A stretch of DNA of 64,000 bases, from the NCBI RefSeq assembly GCF_964355755.1, contig NC_092674.1:23870001-23934000 (forward strand), in the 5' to 3' direction. The notes under the pieces were generated by a model. The model made no database searches. It had not been told where the DNA came from and was given only the letters and a program-made list of their open reading frames with translations. The position numbers and the translations under genes were made by a program. This document shows, in pieces, positions 58,601-64,000 of this stretch. Within the stretch, counting starts at the first letter, position 1; each line of letters starts with the position of its first letter. Origin of the DNA: Antedon mediterranea (taxonomy: Eukaryota; Animalia; Echinodermata).

Positions 58601-61600
58601 GATATGCAGTTATGAAAAACCAATTTCATATAATCATCAACTCGTCTACAGGTAAGAAGTGGGGGAGGAGAGATGCTACTTTAAACATGCAACATTGACA
58701 ATTAGTTACCAGCTCATTATAGTCACATGGGTTGATCAGGTCCATATGCAGCTAGCTGAGCTTCTGGGTTGATCAGGTCCATATGCAGCTAGCTGAGCCA
58801 CACGGATTGATCAGGTCTATATGCAGCTAGCTGGGCCACACGGGTTGATCAGGTCCATATGCAGTTAGCTGAGGCACACGGGTTGATCAGGTCCATATGC
58901 AGCTAGCTAAGCCACATGGGTTGATCAGGTCCATTATGCAGCTAGCTGAGCCACACGGGTTGATCAGGTCCATATGCAGCTAGCTGAGCCACACGGGTTG
59001 ATCAGGTCCATATGCAGCTAGCTGAGCCACACGGGTTGATCAGGTCCATATGCAGCTAGCTGGGCCACACGGGTTGATCAGGTCCATATGCAGCTAGCTG
59101 AGCCACATGGGTTGATCAGGTCCATATGCAGCTAGCTGAAGCACACGGGTTGATCAGGTCCATATGCAGCTAGCTGAGCCACACGGGTTGATCAGGTCCA
59201 TATGCAGCTAGCTGAGGCACACGGGTTGATCAGGTCCATATGCAGCTAGCTGAGCCACAAGGGTTGATCAGGTCCATATGCAGCTAGCTGAGCCACACGG
59301 GTTGATCAGGTCCATATGCAGCTAGCTGAGCCACACGGGTTGATCAGGTCCATATGCAGCTAGCTGAGCCACACGGGTTTATCAGGTCCATATGCAGCTA
59401 GCTGAGCCACACGGGTTGATCAGGTCCATATGCAGCTAGCTGAGCCACACGGGTTGATCAGGTCCATATGCAGCAAGATGAGCTCCTCAATTTCTTCATA
59501 GGTCTTGTTTTCCAAATGTTTCTATTTTTGTATAAGATAATTTCATGAATGTATAAATTTCTTTTTATCAAACCCAATGGAAAAATACGAAATTAGATGG
59601 TAAATACCTTCTTGACGGCTTCTTCGTTACCTTAAAGAACTAATTTTGATTAAAAGAGATTTACATTCATTTGTGATTACAAATCAGATGTACATTTCTA
59701 ATCAAGATAATTCGTATGTTACAAAATTTAGGCATTAATCTTTACCTGTTATCTAACACGACTTGTATTTGTTCATGAATGCCAAGAACCACAGAAGTAA
59801 TATCCTTTTTCTGTATCACCCTGTTTCACTATAGAACACGACATTTATAATCAAGATAATTCGTATGTTACAATAGGCATTAATCTTTACCTGTTATCTA
59901 ACACGACTTGTATTTGTTCATCATGAATGCCAAGAACCACAAAAGTAATATCCTTTTTCTGTATCACCCTGTTTCACTATAGAACACGACATTTATAATC
60001 AAGATAATTCGTTTGTTACAATAGGCATTAATCTTTACCTGTTATCTAACACGACTTGTATTTGTTCATGAATGCCAAGAACCACAATAGTAATAACCTT
60101 TTTCTGTATCACCCTGTTTCACTATAGAACAGGACATTTCTAATCAAGATAATTCGTATGTTACAATAGGCATTACTCTTTACCTGTTATCTAACACGAC
60201 TTGTATTTGTTCATGAATGCCAAGAACCACAAAAGTAATATCCTTTTTCTGTATCACCCTGTTTCACTATAGAACAGGACATTTCTAATCAAGATAATTC
60301 GTATGTTACAATAGGCATTAATCTTTACCTGGTATCTAACACGACTTGTATTTGTTCATGAATGCCAAAACCACAGAAGTGATATCCTTTTTCTGTATCA
60401 CCCCGTTTCACCCTTTATAGAACACTTAAAACCGAAGAAGCATGTCATTTCTGTTCGAAAGCTTGGTAGCCTAATTAATGACTTCACCCTGACCAGAATG
60501 TAGACGAACAACTCACAGGAAGCTAGCAAAGATCCTTGCCATCAATTATTATACTGTAATTGTAGGCCTATTATAATTATGTTGATATAAAGTTTGCGGT
60601 AAAACCGCGTATATAAGTTCTGAAAATAACTGTTGAGTTTCTCAACGTTTAGATCAATTTGCTTTGAGCATTTTGATCGAAACTTTGAGAAACACAATAG
60701 TTCTTTTCAGAACTAATACACGTGGTGTACCGCAAACTTTATATCAACATTTGATTTCGCCATGCAAACCTTCAAACAATGTAGGCCTATTATAAATGAT
60801 AGGCAGTGACGCCGTATCGATTTTCTCACAACAAACGATGTAATTTTACAATTCATAATACAAATAAATAATTTAATTAATTTAACTGAATTGTTAATTG
60901 TTTCTGAGGCGCCGTTGTCTTTTTCCCCTTTTTTCAGTTTATGCATGAAGCTTAGCCTTTTTTTTATCATCTTTAAGCTCTGTCCACACTATCAAACTAC
61001 CGTAGTTTGACAAAAAAAATGTCATGTGCCCAAATATGGTAGTGACATACCCAAATATGGTAATGATATGACATCATCATGTCGCTAAATGGACACATTG
61101 TCACATAAAGTTTAATAGTGTAGACAGAGCTTTACTAAAAGTATTGTACGTTATTATTATGAATTATATTAAGATATTTATTTATGTCAACTTCATCACT
61201 GTTTACTTGATGCAATAAAGGAAATAAATAAAAGATAAGTAAACTACTGTTTGACTTGATATAACGACCTGATTTCAAACTTGTTTTCAGTATGTGGTGG
61301 CAACGCAATGACGTAAGGAAGAAGCGCATCTTTGACTTGTATCCAAACACATTGTTTGAATGTTTTCATGGCGAAATCCAATGTTGATATACAGTTTTGC
61401 TGTACACCACGTATATTAGTTCTGAATTGTTGATCGAAACGTCGGGTTTTTTTTAAACTGATCTGATACGTGGTGTACCGCAAAACTTGAATCAATAATA
61501 ATATATATATATATTTTTCTTTTAGATCCTAATGTGAATAGAGATTTAGTCGAATCGTTTGATCTTCCTGTCTGTAAGGGTATATTACCCAGTACATTGA

Positions 61601-62286
61601 GTGATGGTTTCTGGACTGGGGAAGTATGGCATTCGCTAGTCTGCAAAACGAAACAATGGAGTCCATCTGAAATACGCAGATGTGTCAGAGGGAAACATCT
61701 AATATTAATGGGCGACTCAACTACTAGACAATGGGGGGAGGTTCTGGTAAAAACTTTGAATTTAAGTACTAAGATAACATTCCAGTACATTGAAGAAAGA
61801 AGTGATACCTTAAACCTAACGTTTTATTTTCACCCATTTATAATAGGCGTTCAACATACCTATAAATTAGCTGAGTTACATTTTGAGGTGGATATTTTGA
61901 AAAATCTCGTCGGATGCGATTACTACATAGTGATAAGTCCTTGGGCACATTATACGCAATGGGCGCGGGATTCATACATTGAAAGATTGCAGTTATTAAA
62001 AATTGCTGTTCTTCATTTTAAGGAGAGGTGTCCCGACACACCCGTGGTGTTAAAATCTCCCCATCCAAGAGACCATACGAAACTTCCGCAATTTATATAC
62101 GGCAGTGATTACTTAATACATAGGTTGCGACAGGTTATGAAATCTGTATTTGCTGATACTGATGTGTTTTTTATGGACGTATGGGATTTGGTTAATTCTT
62201 ACCACTCACAAAATGAAATTCATATGCCGTCACCAGTTATTCTACAAAAACTGTATATTTTCTTTTCGCATGTATGTAAGTTTTAA
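43654..62286 (+). CDS. NXPE-family protein (neurexophilin and PC-esterase domain), 4 coding exons, ~540 aa
   Basis: Exons: 43654-43725 (MTLTLKKLICFLFVTSLAIIGLLS, signal anchor, phase 0, least certain), 57453-58183 (GGDFIFA..GKVIDFDNGTYEV..LVHPQEAV), 58593-58651 and 61526-62286 (MGDSTTRQW...DVWD...IHMP). Total 1623 nt in frame. Confidence 0.85.
44530..44800 (-). mobile_element. tRNA-derived SINE
   Basis: Minus-strand A box TGGCTTGGTGG, B box GGTTCAAGTCC, and a long A-rich tail. Homologous to 29470-29677. Confidence 0.75.
45111..45534 (+). mobile_element. possible solo LTR
   Basis: Ends in CGTGACA, with a degenerate TATCATA start, internal TATATAAA (45282) and ATTAAA (45411). No TSD seen. Confidence 0.35.
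45678..46103 (-). mobile_element. 5'-truncated LINE 3' end
   Basis: ORF2-like C-terminus FRSYC...YCSPLW...RLKVCYNDAFRRLLG, then AATAAA and a (TTGAA)n tail. Confidence 0.7.
47850..48052 (+). pseudogene. L1/Tx1-clade RT fragment
   Basis: GIIKLILKPG...NWRPITLLNVDYKILAKI with frameshifts. Confidence 0.7.
48699..49196 (-). mobile_element. uninterrupted ~500-bp MITE (family of 7862-9694)
   Basis: TIRs AGAGAGGTTTCGCAATCTTACGAATACGATAAC and its reverse, with AAT/ATT flanks. Confidence 0.85.
49629..52270 (+). mobile_element. Deu/Nin-domain SINE (49629-49894 + 52238-52270)
   Basis: B-box-like GGTTCGAG, core tcggataaggactataaaccgtaggtcc...taaagaacc...ttcgagatgagtagggggg-ttaccccggtgt resembling the Deu domain, (AAAC)n tail, and TSD ACGCA. 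Confidence 0.75.
49895..52237. mobile_element. 2.3-kb non-autonomous DNA transposon, 5-bp TSD
   Basis: TIRs CAGG(G/C)CCGTAGCCAGG with TSD GTTAC. No transposase ORF recognised. Confidence 0.8.
54341..54540. mobile_element. 200-bp palindromic MITE
   Basis: ATAGAGTATCACGGTG / CACCGTGATACTCTAT plus inner inverted blocks GGCGCTGC.TGGTTGCTAGC. Confidence 0.75.
54697..55369 (+). mobile_element. non-autonomous Helentron/DINE-1-like element
   Basis: 5' palindrome tagtcgcgtggaagcgactcta, two GTCG/GTCT tracts, and 3' cacgcgact plus hairpin plus ttgtt. Confidence 0.7.
58724..59483. repeat. 38-bp minisatellite in NXPE intron 3
   Basis: About 20 copies of CACACGGGTTGATCAGGTCCATATGCAGCTAGCTGAGC. Confidence 0.95.
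59692..60425. repeat. ~145-149-bp tandem repeat, 5 copies
   Basis: ATCAAGATAATTCG recurs at 59701, 59850, 59998, 60143 and 60288. Confidence 0.92.
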
Positions 62287-63378
62287 AACCTCGCGGAAAC
62301 TGAGTTTTAAATTAATTAGACTTAACAAAATACAATTAACGTTCACTCTTCCCCATGGGTGGATAGACTAAAAGATAATTCCAATAGTCAATAATCATCT
62401 TTGGGTTTAAACAGGGAATTCGGCCAAAAGACCATACGCAATATCCAATTCCATAACTCAATATTTTAAAGAATGTCGATGCCATTGATCACTTTGTATT
62501 GATGGCATTGCTCGGTAAACTGGAATGGATATCCAAATTGTCGATACCGTGAACAATTATATTGGTATTCTTTTCGATTTTACTTAATCCATGGTGAGAT
62601 GATGACCAACCACGCCAATTAAGGTTGAACGATTTTAAAGACCTACTTTTATTACTTGGCAAAATAAAATGTCAACTTGTATATAAAAACCTGCTTTCTT
62701 TGTATCATTAATGTCCGTCCAACGTAATTTTGGGGAGTTACATTTTAATTTTTAATTTTGTGTGTTTAAATTGCATGTGCTTCGTTTTAACTATCCTTTT
62801 TGATATGTAATATAAGTAAATTTAAAATGTATAAACAAGGAGACATTTTTATATGTAGGCCTATAATACTGATGAATAAATTTAAAAATCTATAATAATT
62901 AAATAATTAAAATGAATATAATTATGTAGAAATTTTATGAACTAATCTAATAACCTTTCAATACTGTTATATGTTATTGTTTTTTATGCCTATATGCCTT
63001 TTTTTGTGTGTATAATGTTGCAATTTTTGTACTAACATTTTTAGCGACTCTATAGCTAATGTCGGTCGGTTGGCTGGTTGGTTGGTCGGTTGGTCTGTAA
63101 ACACTAACTCAATATATGGCCTTGTTTCAGACTTTGTCTGCTTTTTGTAAATGTTTTCATTCTATAGCCTACCTGAATAAATAAATAAATAAGGTATATA
63201 CAGACAATTTCTTTTGATTTTCATATACTGTATATATATTAGTGATGTCACAAAATGCTTACCGTATTTTATTCGAATAACGTCGCTGGATGTTATTATT
63301 TTTTTCAGGAGGGTTTTTAGGGGGCGTTTATTCGAGGGAGACGTTTATTTGGAAGAGGTGTATATTTTTTGGGTGTAT

Positions 63379-64000
63379 ACGGTAAATCGTATTGTAACCC
63401 ACACTCTAATGGTACTCCCAACCTTCTAGTAACCCACCTTATATTATATATAAGTTATAAGTCCATCTATAATAATCCACTACTCTAATAACCCATGGGT
63501 TACTACTAGAGTCACAAAAACTATTGACAAAATGACACTAAAATAAACTTTTAACATGATTTATTCCTTAAAATATTATTGTGTCAATGATCCTTATTGA
63601 TGTACTCCAGCTTTAGTATGCCTCGATTATTGTTCCAGTTTTAGTTCAAAATACGGATATTATACAACCCTTGACAGTTCATCAATCAATATTTTTTCGA
63701 TTTGTTTTCGGCTACAAGTAGTGACATACCGATCTCGGGAGTGGAGGAGGATTGAGTGTTTATTTTGAGTTTATAAAATGAAGTTAGAGTTCAACCAAAT
63801 TTGTTTATTCGTACTGTTTTATTATTTTGCTATATTAGGCCTATGAGTTGCTGACCGAAAAAGTTGAGGGAGTGGGTTACTATTTTCAGGTGCCTAATTT
63901 AAGATTAGTAATAGTAACCCACTGCTCTAATAGTAACCCCCCCTATAATAGTAACCAACCCTAAAGAAACAATCAGGGTTAGAATTAGAAGATTTACGGT
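63379..64000. mobile_element. MITE, inverted relative of 568-1040
   Basis: Shared interior and the terminal sequence gggttagaattagaagatttacgg. Confidence 0.6.

Noticed and set aside
58724-59483. CRISPR-like 38-bp repeats
   Set aside because: The repeats are contiguous with no unique spacers, there are no cas genes, and the context is a eukaryotic intron.

Overview
AT-rich, repeat-dense animal genomic DNA, probably an invertebrate deuterostome such as an echinoderm (inferred from the Deu/Nin-domain SINE and the gene set; not proven). I reconstructed four protein genes by hand from GT-AG junctions and reading phase. (1) A 22-coding-exon SNX25-type sorting nexin (+, 6331-35718). (2) A collagen + C1q-domain gene nested antisense in SNX25 intron 14 (-, 19888-21255). 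(3) A 3-exon nucleoside diphosphate kinase (-, 41581-39535). (4) A 4-exon NXPE-family gene (+, 43654-62286) lying head-to-head with NDPK across a foldback element. The introns hold LINE and Penelope fragments, Helitron and Helentron derivatives, MITEs, SINEs and minisatellites. The most unusual structure is at 25.5-29.2 kb: two (TA)n-embedded tandem arrays of ~270-370 bp units, each carrying a tRNA cloverleaf with a non-canonical ATC anticodon. The arrays flank a Penelope-type terminal remnant with a minimal hammerhead ribozyme, and the units share several short motifs with that remnant. This suggests a tRNA-bearing, Penelope-dependent retrozyme- or SINE-like element, which is an inference that needs testing.
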